DNA from: Escherichia phage PTXU04
Sequence record: NC_048193.1
Reading direction: 5' to 3' (one strand)
Length of the DNA stretch: 61,600 nucleotides
The notes beneath the pieces were generated by a model. The model worked only from the letters and a program-made list of their open reading frames with translations, did no database searches and was not told the origin of the DNA. Positions 21,108 through 30,473 of this stretch are shown one piece after another (within the stretch, counting starts at the first letter, position 1; every line of letters begins with the position of its first letter). Position numbers and translations under genes: made by a program.

Positions 21108-21794
21108 ATGTCAATGATGGATGCAATGAGTATGGGCGGCCAGCCTCCGCAGCAGGAAACGCAGGCACCACAGACTCAACCAATGGACCAGAAGACGTTG
21201 CGTATGGGCGGCGATGACCCTGCGGAAATGGAGAAGCTCTATAACAAAGTTATGGCGCTGATCTCTTCCGAGATTTGGGAAGGTCAGGGTGCCGACCAGG
21301 TGTCTGCACAGTTGATGGAAGATGACTCTGAGCCAGCCGAGGTTGTCGGCAAGTTCACTGGCTTCTATCTTATGATGGCTACTGCCGCTGCCAGAACTAA
21401 CGGTGGTTCATTCCCGCCTGTGGTTATCGTGGGTGCTGCCGCAGAGACGTCGAGTCAGCTTACTGATCTGGCGCTTATGCTGAAACTGATCTCCCCGGAA
21501 GAAGCGGACGATACCGCAGACGCTGGCGCACTGATTGGTCTGGAAGTTCTCATCGCCCAGGGCGGTAACCAGATGGCACCTGAAGAGAAACAGGAATACG
21601 CCGACATCGTTAAGGCTGTCATCAACGCATCGCCGAACGCTCAGGAAATCGCTGAGGAAGGTGCCGAGGATGCCATCGAAGAAGTTGAAGAAATGGGCGC
21701 ACCGGACGACAGCGCTGAAGAGATGGAAGCACAGACCGATGTTGATATGGCAGAGAAACCGCAGGGCATGGCCGCTGCAATGGGAGGCGCGTAA
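21108..21794 (+). CDS. acidic hypothetical protein
   Basis: 228 aa; Asp/Glu-rich C-terminus; GGGGCGAA RBS-like upstream. Confidence 0.45.
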   Translation: MSMMDAMSMGGQPPQQETQAPQTQPMDQKTLRMGGDDPAEMEKLYNKVMALISSEIWEGQGADQVSAQLMEDDSEPAEVVGKFTGFYLMMATAAARTNGGSFPPVVIVGAAAETSSQLTDLALMLKLISPEEADDTADAGALIGLEVLIAQGGNQMAPEEKQEYADIVKAVINASPNAQEIAEEGAEDAIEEVEEMGAPDDSAEEMEAQTDVDMAEKPQGMAAAMGGA

Positions 21795-22648
21795 TGAGTA
21801 TCGGTGAAGCACTGGCGGCAATGTTTGCAGGTGCAGCAGGTGAAGCGGCAGGTAACCGCGCGACTGAAATTCGTGACGAAGAAAAAGCTCGTCTGGCAGA
21901 AGCACGCGAACTGAAAATGATGGCGCTCCAGCAGAAGTACCAGACGTCCGAGCGTGAGGCCAGTCAGGCTTACGGTACGTCCGAGCGTAAGGATACTCAG
22001 GCTTACAACTCTGCCGAGAAGCAGAAAGACCGTGACTTCCAGTCTTCCGAGCGTCAGGCATCGCAGGCATTCCAGGCTGGCGAGAATGCTAAGTCACGCG
22101 CGGCTCAGGCTGGTAGCGATGGTGTTGGTCCGAACGGTAAGCGTCTGCAAGGTACACCGCAGATGGAGAAAGACGAAGACGGCAACATGACGGGTCGTAT
22201 GATCTTTACCTATCGTGACGGTACCGTACAGGTTAAAGCCATTGACGATCTGCCGGGTGGCGACGCTGACACCAAATCCAGCAAAGCACAGCGTGAGTCC
22301 GACGCCGCAGCATATGCTAAGAAGCGTGTCAGTGAGCAAGCTGGCCTCCTGTCATCCGATAAGGAAGACTTCAAAGATTATGGTGGTAGTCGCACCAAAG
22401 CTGAAGAAGCCTACAAGCAGGAGTATCTCAACAAGAACAAAGGTGGCGGCAGCAATGAAGAGTTACCGGGCAGCGGTCCTAAGTTCCAGGAGGGCGCAGA
22501 TCTGGCGACTAAGGAAGCTGAGAAAGGATACACCGCTAACCAGCAAGCCATGATCGCTCGCGTTAAGGAGAAGTACCCTGACGCATCCGATGACCAAATC
22601 GCGGCGGCCATTCGTGCTAATCCGCAATATGCACCAATGTTCAAATAA
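21794..22648 (+). CDS. repeat-containing hypothetical protein
   Basis: 284 aa; four SER-x-x-SQAY-type peptide repeats. Confidence 0.45.
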   Translation: MSIGEALAAMFAGAAGEAAGNRATEIRDEEKARLAEARELKMMALQQKYQTSEREASQAYGTSERKDTQAYNSAEKQKDRDFQSSERQASQAFQAGENAKSRAAQAGSDGVGPNGKRLQGTPQMEKDEDGNMTGRMIFTYRDGTVQVKAIDDLPGGDADTKSSKAQRESDAAAYAKKRVSEQAGLLSSDKEDFKDYGGSRTKAEEAYKQEYLNKNKGGGSNEELPGSGPKFQEGADLATKEAEKGYTANQQAMIARVKEKYPDASDDQIAAAIRANPQYAPMFK

Positions 22649-22689
22649 ATGTGCTATGCTTCCCCTATCAACAAGGGGGAGCATTTCTA

Positions 22690-25600
22690 ATGGCTAGTAA
22701 CATCGACCTTTCTGGACTGGACTTATCCCAGCCAAATCAACAACCTGCAACGAAGAAGTCTGAAAAGACTGCACCTGCTATTGACCTGTCGACGGTTAAC
22801 TTTGACCTGAGCGACGTAGACTTTTCCGGTATTGGAAATGAGAAGGCTGTCACAGAACCAGCAAAAGAAGATAGCTGGGGCGACGTAATTTACAAATCTC
22901 TCGCCGCGATGCCTGAGCGTATGCAACGTTCATGGCAGGGTATCAAACAAGGCGTGGCCGTTAAAGGTCAAGACCTGACTGACGGGGTGCTGGCTGAACG
23001 CCTGCGTAACGATCCGTCATATGCTGCCGAACTGGGGATTGACCCGGCTACCTTTACCGCTGCCGAAGGCGACACGTATGCGACCAAACTGCAAAAGAAT
23101 AAAGCTCTCTACGCCGCTATTGATAAAGCGAAGGCCGCAGAACTGAATAAGGATGCCGACTTTGTTGCCGCGCGTGATGAAGGTCTTCGCCTGTCAAACG
23201 AGATTGCCAAAACTGCACCGAAGACTGGTGACGAGTGGTCAGCTAAAAACCTGGTATCCACAATCCTCACTGGCGCGCAGGACATGTCTCCGGCAATCCT
23301 GACGTCCATCCTGTTGAAGCGTCCGGTCGCTGGCCTCGCTGAGATGACTGGTCAGGCGTACGGTTCCTACTATCAGGACTCAATCGACAAAGGTCTGTCT
23401 CCGGCAGAAGCCGATAACCGCGCTACCATGTTCGCCGCACTGGAACCAATCACTGAAGCGGTACCGCTGGGCCTCATCATGAAGAAGGGTGCGACTAGCC
23501 TGACTGACCTCGGTAAGTCTGCAATGGCTGAAGGTATCCAGGAGTCCGCTACCCAGGCTATCCAGAACGGTTACGACATTGGTGTGCTTGACGAAGATAT
23601 GACGGTAGGCCAGTTCCTGAATGACGTGGCGTTCTCCGGTGTAACTGGTGCTGGCGTAGGTGGCGTGCTGCATGGCGCGGTGCAAGCTCCCGGCATGGTC
23701 AAAGACTGGAAGGATAACCGCTCTGTTAACAACGCTATCGGTGACGCTGCGGCTGAGTCCGGTCAGGCGGTAGAAGGCGTGGACCCGAACGAGTACGACG
23801 CTGTGCGTGCTGAGATGGGCGGCGGTGACGTGCTGGACCAGATGGTTGAACAGGCATCTCCTGCAATCACTGAAGCTCGCAAGTCTGCCTACATGGAAGC
23901 GCGCGCCCAGGGTATGTCTCCGGCTGAAGCGATGGCCGCATCCCGTGAAGTCGGTGAAGTCGACGCTATGGATCAGATGGTCAGCGAACTGTTCGACTCC
24001 CCGGACTCCATCTACTATGCGAACAAGGCAAGCGCCACTAACGCACCGCAGTCTGTAGCACAGATGGTACAGCAGCAGGTAGCGCAGGGTGACATTGGTC
24101 CGCTTCCGGGCGAGACTAAAGGTCTGCCGTCTCCGGGGCAAACTTCCACCATCGCTATGCCCGGTCCAGTTGCGCAGGTTAAAGAGGCCACTGGCTACAA
24201 TCCACGCGGTGCGGCTGAAGAGTCTCCGGTACTGGCAGCAGTCCAGCAGAAACTGGAAGCGCCAGCACTGCCGCCGCAGGTTACTGAAGCTGTGGTACCG
24301 CCAGCACTGCCGCCTAAAGCTGAAGTGACTCCGCCTGCGTTACCGCAGATTGACGTAGCCGCTGCACTGGAACCTACCGTTCCTGCCGCTGAGCCAGCCG
24401 CTGCCGAGGTTAAACCGAAGCCAGCACTGTTTGCCCGTACCAAAAAGAAAGCCGCGCCAGAAGTCGATACAGAAGCACTGGCCGCCGAAGAAGCACGTCA
24501 GGCAGAACTGAAGGCGAAAGGTGACGAGGCTGTAGCCAAATACGTTGAGCGTGAATCCGTGCGTCCGGCGTTACCGGGTAAGAAGCCGCCAGCTATTCAG
24601 GTCACCAACAAGATCCTGAAGGAAGCCAACGAGCGTGGCGTTGACGTCGGCAATAAAGTGAACTGGAACGGCAAGGAGTATTCCGTCGATAAATTCCAGG
24701 GCCGTGCTGTACGTCTGGTTGATGAGAACGGCAACGGTCACATTGTTGATGCCCGTGAAATCAACGTGCCGTCTGTGGTACCGGAAGGTATGAAGCGTGT
24801 ATCCCAGGAAACCAAAGACGCCCGTGAGCGTTACGACCTGGCCCCTGTAGAGTTCGAAGATGAGCGCAACCTGGGTGAGATGGTTACCGATGCACAGCAG
24901 GCGACCGACGATGTACTGGCGCAGTCTGCCGAAGTTCAGCGTGACCTGGGTGAGATGATCGCTGAGAAGGAGAAGGACAACGCCGCAATTGAAGGTGAGT
25001 CCACTCGCGTTACCGACGTTGAAGGTCGTGTTGGTTTTGAACCAGTGGAAGGTACCGACCTGGACGGGAAGTATGCGAAAGACTCCCACGGTGAAGTCCG
25101 CAAGATTACTGGCGTGCAAGGTCGTCGCTTCGTGCTGGACAATGGCGACATCATGATTCGTCGCATTGGTGACACCAACGTGATGGATGCTCCACCTAAA
25201 GGCGCACGTAAAGCGATGTCGATGGAGGAACGTATTGTAGCTAACACGCTGCAAGGTATGCTGCATTCACTGAACGATACCAAGCGTCCGCTAAACAAAC
25301 TGCGCGAAAACATGTCTCACGCTAGTAATCAGGTTGATGAACAGTACCGCCATCTGTACGCGCCACTGAAGGGTAAGACTCGCGCGGCCATGCGCAAGGA
25401 ACTGGAAGACCGTATGTCCAGTATCGCTGAGCAGTCACCTAAAGGTCTGAGCAAAGAAAGTCAGGCGACGGCTGACCGCCTGCGTGAGAAGTCTTCCGCA
25501 CGCGCTGAGTCTTTCGAGAAGTCACTGGAAGATTTCACGCGTGGTATGAAACCGCTGGTACGTCGCAACTACATTCGCGCCCTGGAGAAGATGCAACCGG

Positions 25601-28600
25601 ACGGCATTACCCTGAAGGAAACCATCGACCGTGCGTATGCCCGTGGCGATAAAGTTGACTCCCGTGACATGTCGGCACCAGCCAGACATTACGTGGCCTA
25701 CAAAGAAGCTCGCGTACCGAAGAAGACTGACAAGCCGGACGTTACCCCGAACGTCGACTATCACACGCTGGTAGGTAAAACTTTCGAGGAAGACGGCGAG
25801 ACGTTCACCGTCAAGTCTATTCACGACACGTACCTGGCTACCGAAGACTCACAAGGTCGTCGTGAGATTTTCGGCAAGGATTACGCTAAGCGTAAGATCG
25901 ACAAGCAGTCCGGCGCGGCCAGCGTTAAGCCTGCGACCGAGAAGAAAGGGATGTCACCTGAAGATGTGGCTGTGGTTGCTACCGACTTCCTGAAGAAGTT
26001 CAAAGGTGCGCAGGCAATCAACATGTCCGTCATGCAGCGTCAGGAAGACATGGGTATCGACCTGCCGGAAGGTAGCGTACTGCTCGGCTTCTACGATGCT
26101 GGCAACGTGAGCGCCAAGCTGATCTCTGAAAACCTGACCAGCAAGGAAGAAGTGGAAGCGCTGTTGCGTCACGAAATCATCGTGCACTACGGCCTGCGCG
26201 CTCGCCTGTCTAAACCGGAATACGACGCTGAGATGGATAAAATCCTGGCCGCTGATAAGTCCCCGGCGCTGGCGAAGTATTTCAAAACTGTACGCGAGCA
26301 ATACAGCGACCTGTATGACATGAACTCACCTGACGCACAACGCATGATGGCTGAAGAAGTCCTGGCGCTGGCGGCAGAAAACCCGGCTATCCTGGAGAAG
26401 TCCAACGTCATTACCCGCGTGATTGAAGCTCTGCGTCAGTTGATGATTAAAGCCAAACTGATTGACGGTCGCGCCAGCATGGAGTCAGTACGCCAGCTTA
26501 TTCAGGCCAATGCTCAGTACCTGCGTGACAACACTGTCAACCGTGACGACGTGCGTAAGTCTCTGCCGCCGATGCAATACAGCGCGCCGAAGAACTTTGC
26601 CGCCAGCCTGAAAAAGAAAAATGACATCGAGTCTGCGGAAGTGGACGAAGACATCAAGCAGGGTATGCGTGACACCATGTACCGCGATGACCGCTCTCTG
26701 TTCCAGCGCATCAAAGACATCATGAAAGACAACGGTCTGACGATGGAAGGCTTGTATCAGAAAGGCGTGGATGACCTGTACACCATCGCCAAATATGAGA
26801 AGGCTGGCAACAATGGTGAACTGCGTCAGGGTAAAGAGTCAGCGTACAAGATGGCAATGCTGGCGAAGAACGTGAACAGCACCGTGGCCGTCGCAATGAA
26901 CCACGGCGCTCCGGTATACAAAGACGGCGGCATCAGCCTGAACAAGAACACCAAAGGCTTCACCGAAATCTTCAAGCCAGTGCTGGAGATGAAAGGTAAC
27001 ATGCTGCCAGTGTGGGAATACTGGGCGGGTGCTGTGCGTGCTAAGCGCTTGATGGAAGAAGGCCGCGAAAACCTGTATACCGAGAAGCAGATTAAAGACA
27101 TCATCGACTATGTTAACCGTCGCCCGGAAATGCGTAAGGTGTTCAACCAGGCACACAAAGACTGGCGTGAGTTCAACAAAGCTATCCTCGACTTCGGTGA
27201 GCAAACTGGCATCGTGGATCCTGAGCAGCGTAAACTGTTCGAGTCCGATGACTACGTTCCGTTCTACCGTGTGGATGAGGAAGTGGACCGTGTGACAGCA
27301 CCGTCTGGAAAACGTGGCCTCGCTGATCAGTCTTCCGGTATCCGCCGTCTGAAAGGTGGCGCTGGTAAGATGGACATTCTGGAGAACATGGCGCGTAACG
27401 TTAACCACATGATCACCTCCGGCTACAAGAACGCGGCCATGCAGAAGGTGCGTGACATCACCATCAACGCAGCGCTGGAAGAAGTACCGCATAACTTCAA
27501 GCCAGTCGGCATCAGCAACGAGCAGATGAAACGTGCGCTGACCAACCTGGGTCTGAAGGTTGAAGGTATGACCGCTGAGCAGATGGCGCAATACTCCAAC
27601 CTGTTCACCGCAGTAGCACCGCAGGGCGCTAACATTATCTCCGTGCGTGAAGGTGGTAAGCCGAAGTATTACGAAGTGACGGATCCTCAGTTGTTGGAAG
27701 CTATCGCAGGTGTTGGCCCGGAAGCCGTTGATACCCTCATCAACATTCTCGGCTGGCCTAAGCGTGTGTTCACCGCAGCCGTGACGTCAACGCCTAACTT
27801 CGTTATGACCAACTTCGTACGTGACGTGATGGGTAACTATGTGCAGATGGCTAAAGCAACTGGCCGCAACGAGACGTCAACGATTGTCAAAGATGTACTG
27901 ACATTCCGTCCGTTCTTTAAAGCGTTCCAGGGTGCGATGCGTTCTATCCGTAACGATAACATGACTGTCGATTACCATGTGGCTGGCGGCATGATGGGTG
28001 GTTATGACAACTCACGTCCAGAGTCGGTTGCCAAAAACCTGCGCAAGCTGGAGAAAGGCGGCACCATCATTAACTCACCGAAGAAGCTGTGGGAAATGTA
28101 CAGCAAGTTGCTGACCGCATCTGAACAGGCCACGCGCATGGGTGTGTACGAAGATGTCCTGAAGCACACTGGGGATCCGGTGGAAGCGGCATACCAGTCT
28201 AACGATGTGCTGAACTTCAGCCGCCGTGGTAGCAGTCGTTTGACCAAAGCGGTCATGGCGATCACCCCGTTCCTGAATGCCCGTGTACAGGGTCTGGACC
28301 GTATGGTGCGCGGTGGTAAAGAGAACCCGAAAGCCTTCATGCTAAAAGGTGCTCTGCTTGTTGGTGCAACGATGGCCCTTATGGCAATCAACGCAGACGA
28401 CGAACGTTACTGGGCGCTGCCGGAACACGAACGTGATTCCTTCTGGATCATCTTCGCTGGCGACACTCGCTACCGTATCCCGAAACCGTTCGAACTGGGA
28501 GCACTGTTCGGCACTATCCCTGAGCGTGCATTCGAAGCGCTGTACCGTGATGACCGTATGTTCGGTGCACGCATGGGCTTCATGCTGGGTAACACCTTCG

Positions 28601-29283
28601 CGATGGACTGGCCTCAATTCTTCAAGCCAATCTACGAAGACCAGACCAACATGAACAGCTTTACTCAGCGTCCGGTTGTACCGCAGTCACTGCAACGTCT
28701 GGAAGCTAACCAGCAGTACAGCACCACGACGCCGGAATGGATTAAGGATGTGAGTAAGGCGTTACCTGAAGCTGCCCCGGAATGGATGCGTAGTCCGCTG
28801 CGTCTCCAGCATATGATTGAAGGTTACACCGGAACAGTCGGTCAGTACATCATCGGCGTAACGGACGTGGCCTACCGCAAAGGAACGGGTACCGAAAAAG
28901 TTGCCCCGGCTAAAAAGGATTTTGATTACCCGGTGGTAAAAACTTTCGTACGTGGCGGTGTGTCCGGCGACAAATACACCGACCGTCTGTACCAGATGAG
29001 CGAGAAGGCTGGTCAAACGTACGGTACCCTGAAGGCGTACAAAGACCAGAAGAACATGCAGGCGTATCGGGAGTTCAAGACCGAGAAGGCCAGCGTGTTG
29101 TCTGCCCGTAAGTCAATTGAGAAAGGCGTTGCCCGGATGCAGAAGTACAACCGCCAGACGAAAGAGATTTACGCGAACGACAGTATGTCACCTGAAGCGA
29201 AGCGTGCGGAACTGGACGCCTTACAGGTTAAGAAGAACGAACTGGCGAAAGAATTGAGTGACAAATATTGGATGTTGTTTTAA
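22690..29283 (+). CDS. giant virion-associated protein (~2200 aa; putative internal/ejection protein)
   Basis: ORF-track frame 22651-29283; start moved to ATG 22690 with AAGGGGGAG RBS. No P-loop or polymerase motif recognised; last gene of the structural block; followed by hairpin plus T8 (29324-29354). Confidence 0.55.
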   Translation: MASNIDLSGLDLSQPNQQPATKKSEKTAPAIDLSTVNFDLSDVDFSGIGNEKAVTEPAKEDSWGDVIYKSLAAMPERMQRSWQGIKQGVAVKGQDLTDGVLAERLRNDPSYAAELGIDPATFTAAEGDTYATKLQKNKALYAAIDKAKAAELNKDADFVAARDEGLRLSNEIAKTAPKTGDEWSAKNLVSTILTGAQDMSPAILTSILLKRPVAGLAEMTGQAYGSYYQDSIDKGLSPAEADNRATMFAALEPITEAVPLGLIMKKGATSLTDLGKSAMAEGIQESATQAIQNGYDIGVLDEDMTVGQFLNDVAFSGVTGAGVGGVLHGAVQAPGMVKDWKDNRSVNNAIGDAAAESGQAVEGVDPNEYDAVRAEMGGGDVLDQMVEQASPAITEARKSAYMEARAQGMSPAEAMAASREVGEVDAMDQMVSELFDSPDSIYYANKASATNAPQSVAQMVQQQVAQGDIGPLPGETKGLPSPGQTSTIAMPGPVAQVKEATGYNPRGAAEESPVLAAVQQKLEAPALPPQVTEAVVPPALPPKAEVTPPALPQIDVAAALEPTVPAAEPAAAEVKPKPALFARTKKKAAPEVDTEALAAEEARQAELKAKGDEAVAKYVERESVRPALPGKKPPAIQVTNKILKEANERGVDVGNKVNWNGKEYSVDKFQGRAVRLVDENGNGHIVDAREINVPSVVPEGMKRVSQETKDARERYDLAPVEFEDERNLGEMVTDAQQATDDVLAQSAEVQRDLGEMIAEKEKDNAAIEGESTRVTDVEGRVGFEPVEGTDLDGKYAKDSHGEVRKITGVQGRRFVLDNGDIMIRRIGDTNVMDAPPKGARKAMSMEERIVANTLQGMLHSLNDTKRPLNKLRENMSHASNQVDEQYRHLYAPLKGKTRAAMRKELEDRMSSIAEQSPKGLSKESQATADRLREKSSARAESFEKSLEDFTRGMKPLVRRNYIRALEKMQPDGITLKETIDRAYARGDKVDSRDMSAPARHYVAYKEARVPKKTDKPDVTPNVDYHTLVGKTFEEDGETFTVKSIHDTYLATEDSQGRREIFGKDYAKRKIDKQSGAASVKPATEKKGMSPEDVAVVATDFLKKFKGAQAINMSVMQRQEDMGIDLPEGSVLLGFYDAGNVSAKLISENLTSKEEVEALLRHEIIVHYGLRARLSKPEYDAEMDKILAADKSPALAKYFKTVREQYSDLYDMNSPDAQRMMAEEVLALAAENPAILEKSNVITRVIEALRQLMIKAKLIDGRASMESVRQLIQANAQYLRDNTVNRDDVRKSLPPMQYSAPKNFAASLKKKNDIESAEVDEDIKQGMRDTMYRDDRSLFQRIKDIMKDNGLTMEGLYQKGVDDLYTIAKYEKAGNNGELRQGKESAYKMAMLAKNVNSTVAVAMNHGAPVYKDGGISLNKNTKGFTEIFKPVLEMKGNMLPVWEYWAGAVRAKRLMEEGRENLYTEKQIKDIIDYVNRRPEMRKVFNQAHKDWREFNKAILDFGEQTGIVDPEQRKLFESDDYVPFYRVDEEVDRVTAPSGKRGLADQSSGIRRLKGGAGKMDILENMARNVNHMITSGYKNAAMQKVRDITINAALEEVPHNFKPVGISNEQMKRALTNLGLKVEGMTAEQMAQYSNLFTAVAPQGANIISVREGGKPKYYEVTDPQLLEAIAGVGPEAVDTLINILGWPKRVFTAAVTSTPNFVMTNFVRDVMGNYVQMAKATGRNETSTIVKDVLTFRPFFKAFQGAMRSIRNDNMTVDYHVAGGMMGGYDNSRPESVAKNLRKLEKGGTIINSPKKLWEMYSKLLTASEQATRMGVYEDVLKHTGDPVEAAYQSNDVLNFSRRGSSRLTKAVMAITPFLNARVQGLDRMVRGGKENPKAFMLKGALLVGATMALMAINADDERYWALPEHERDSFWIIFAGDTRYRIPKPFELGALFGTIPERAFEALYRDDRMFGARMGFMLGNTFAMDWPQFFKPIYEDQTNMNSFTQRPVVPQSLQRLEANQQYSTTTPEWIKDVSKALPEAAPEWMRSPLRLQHMIEGYTGTVGQYIIGVTDVAYRKGTGTEKVAPAKKDFDYPVVKTFVRGGVSGDKYTDRLYQMSEKAGQTYGTLKAYKDQKNMQAYREFKTEKASVLSARKSIEKGVARMQKYNRQTKEIYANDSMSPEAKRAELDALQVKKNELAKELSDKYWMLF

Positions 29284-29323
29284 TATTTAGATCTCGATGA
29301 CATTCCCTGTAAATTGATAGCGC

Positions 29324-29354
29324 GCCCTTTCCACTTTGGTTAGGGCTTTTTTTT
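29324..29354 (+). terminator. putative rho-independent terminator after the giant gene
   Basis: Imperfect stem (GCCCT ... AGGGC) followed by a run of eight T. Confidence 0.4.
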
Positions 29355-29399
29355 GTGCTATGCTTTTGGTGGGAGTTCTAAGGGCATGGAGCATTTCAT

Positions 29400-29774
29400 A
29401 TGGACATGGGATATTACAACATGAACAAGCAAATCAGAGTGGAAATGCTTGTCGGCATGGTGACATTAACGTGGTCAATCGTGGCGGCAGTATTCAAACA
29501 GCCAGTCATTATTGATGAGTTAACTGGTATCATGCCTGGCGCATGGTGGGTATTCTCAGGCATTGTAATTGGTGGCGCTCAGATCTATATCTCCCGCAAC
29601 CCTGAGCGATGGATGGGAACATTCAGCCACTGGTGTGTAGCGTTCTTCAGTTGTATCTTCTGGTGTTATCTCGGCATGGCCGCACAAGCCGCCGCAGTCG
29701 GAGTAGTTCCCATCCTGATTTTCTGGTCTACCGCTGGCGTCACTTTATGGGAGTTGGCACATGTTCGAACTTAG
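29400..29774 (+). CDS. membrane protein (about 4 predicted TM segments)
   Basis: 124 aa; hydrophobic stretches LVGMVTLTWSIVAAVF, WWVFSGIVIGGAQIYI, WCVAFFSCIFWCYLGMAA, VGVVPILIFWSTAGVTLW; GGAG RBS. Confidence 0.45.
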   Translation: MDMGYYNMNKQIRVEMLVGMVTLTWSIVAAVFKQPVIIDELTGIMPGAWWVFSGIVIGGAQIYISRNPERWMGTFSHWCVAFFSCIFWCYLGMAAQAAAVGVVPILIFWSTAGVTLWELAHVRT

Positions 29775-29994
29775 TTCAATCCCGGTGGACGCTCCGTTAC
29801 CTTTCATTGCGATCGCAGTGTTATTCAACCTGGTACGCCATGCGTTGAATCTTCACCACGAACGTAAGAAGGAGGCAGCGGAAGAGGCCACGAACGAAAG
29901 GATTGTTGTGTTGTCGTCGAAGCTGGCGAAGGCGGAACAGACTATCGAGCACTTGAGGGAAGAGGTGGAACGATTGAAAAACAAAGGGGCTTAA
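29761..29994 (+). CDS. small TM plus coiled-coil protein (spanin-like or antiholin-like?)
   Basis: 77 aa; N-terminal TM (PFIAIAVLFNLV) then charged coiled coil; GGGAG RBS; stop lies in the loop of the bidirectional terminator. Confidence 0.4.
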   Translation: MFELSSIPVDAPLPFIAIAVLFNLVRHALNLHHERKKEAAEEATNERIVVLSSKLAKAEQTIEHLREEVERLKNKGA

Positions 29995-30005
29995 CGCCCC
30001 TTTTT
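29986..30005. terminator. bidirectional rho-independent terminator at the convergence of late (+) and early (-) blocks
   Basis: AAA GGGGC TTAAC GCCCC TTTTT; the stop codons of 29761-29994 (+) and 29991-30191 (-) both sit in the loop. Confidence 0.6.
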
Positions 30006-30191
30006 GATACTCGCTGCAATCTTCAGTTCGACAGGTACGCGATTGAGATCGCGGTGAATGCCTACATCCGGTGGTGCGGAAATACGTAGACCGACGTTAC
30101 CATTCTCAGAGTTCTCTACCGTCACGACAATATCGTTACCGATGTAGACGCTCTGACCTTCACGTCTGGTAATACGGAGTCCCTTAGCCAT
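29991..30191 (-). CDS. CsrA-like RNA-binding protein (carbon storage regulator homolog)
   Basis: ORF-track frame 29991-30257 trimmed to ATG 30191 (GGAG RBS 6 nt upstream). Product MAKGLRITRREGQSVYIGNDIVVTVENSENGNVGLRISAPPDVGIHRDLNRV aligns with E. coli CsrA ([21 protein letters not shown] ... VRIGVNAPKEVSVHREE), including the beta1 TRR and beta5 HR(D/E) RNA-binding residues. Confidence 0.6.
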   Translation of the reverse strand: MAKGLRITRREGQSVYIGNDIVVTVENSENGNVGLRISAPPDVGIHRDLNRVPVELKIAASIKKGR

Positions 30192-30417
30192 TCTTCTCCG
30201 CCTTAGCTTTCTTAGCTTTGATGACGCGACTGATCGCCACCAGTAAAGTAATGACACCAGACACGACCGGGAGATATTCTTCCGGTACCACAGCCTGGAA
30301 TAAATGCGGGGCAGTCTGCCACACTACTAATGCTGCATCAGGTACCGTGGTCAACACGGTAGTAACGGCGATACCGATAGTGATACCAGCGTCATGCAGC
30401 GCTTTGGATTTGTCCAT
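30184..30417 (-). CDS. holin (putative, two TM segments)
   Basis: 77 aa; two hydrophobic helices and a lysine-rich C-terminus (KAKKAKAEKNG); strong AAGGAG RBS; immediately downstream of the endolysin. Confidence 0.6.
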   Translation of the reverse strand: MDKSKALHDAGITIGIAVTTVLTTVPDAALVVWQTAPHLFQAVVPEEYLPVVSGVITLLVAISRVIKAKKAKAEKNG

Positions 30418-30473
30418 CTGTGAAGCTCCTTATATTGGCGTCCTTGCCAGGATTGACGACCTCGACTGGCCGC

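Noticed and set aside
23380-27591. Long antisense ORFs (23380-24141, 24571-25266, 26839-27591) inside the giant gene
   Set aside because: Embedded in a 6.6-kb continuous sense ORF with a strong RBS; antisense products are His/Val/Leu-rich with no start context.
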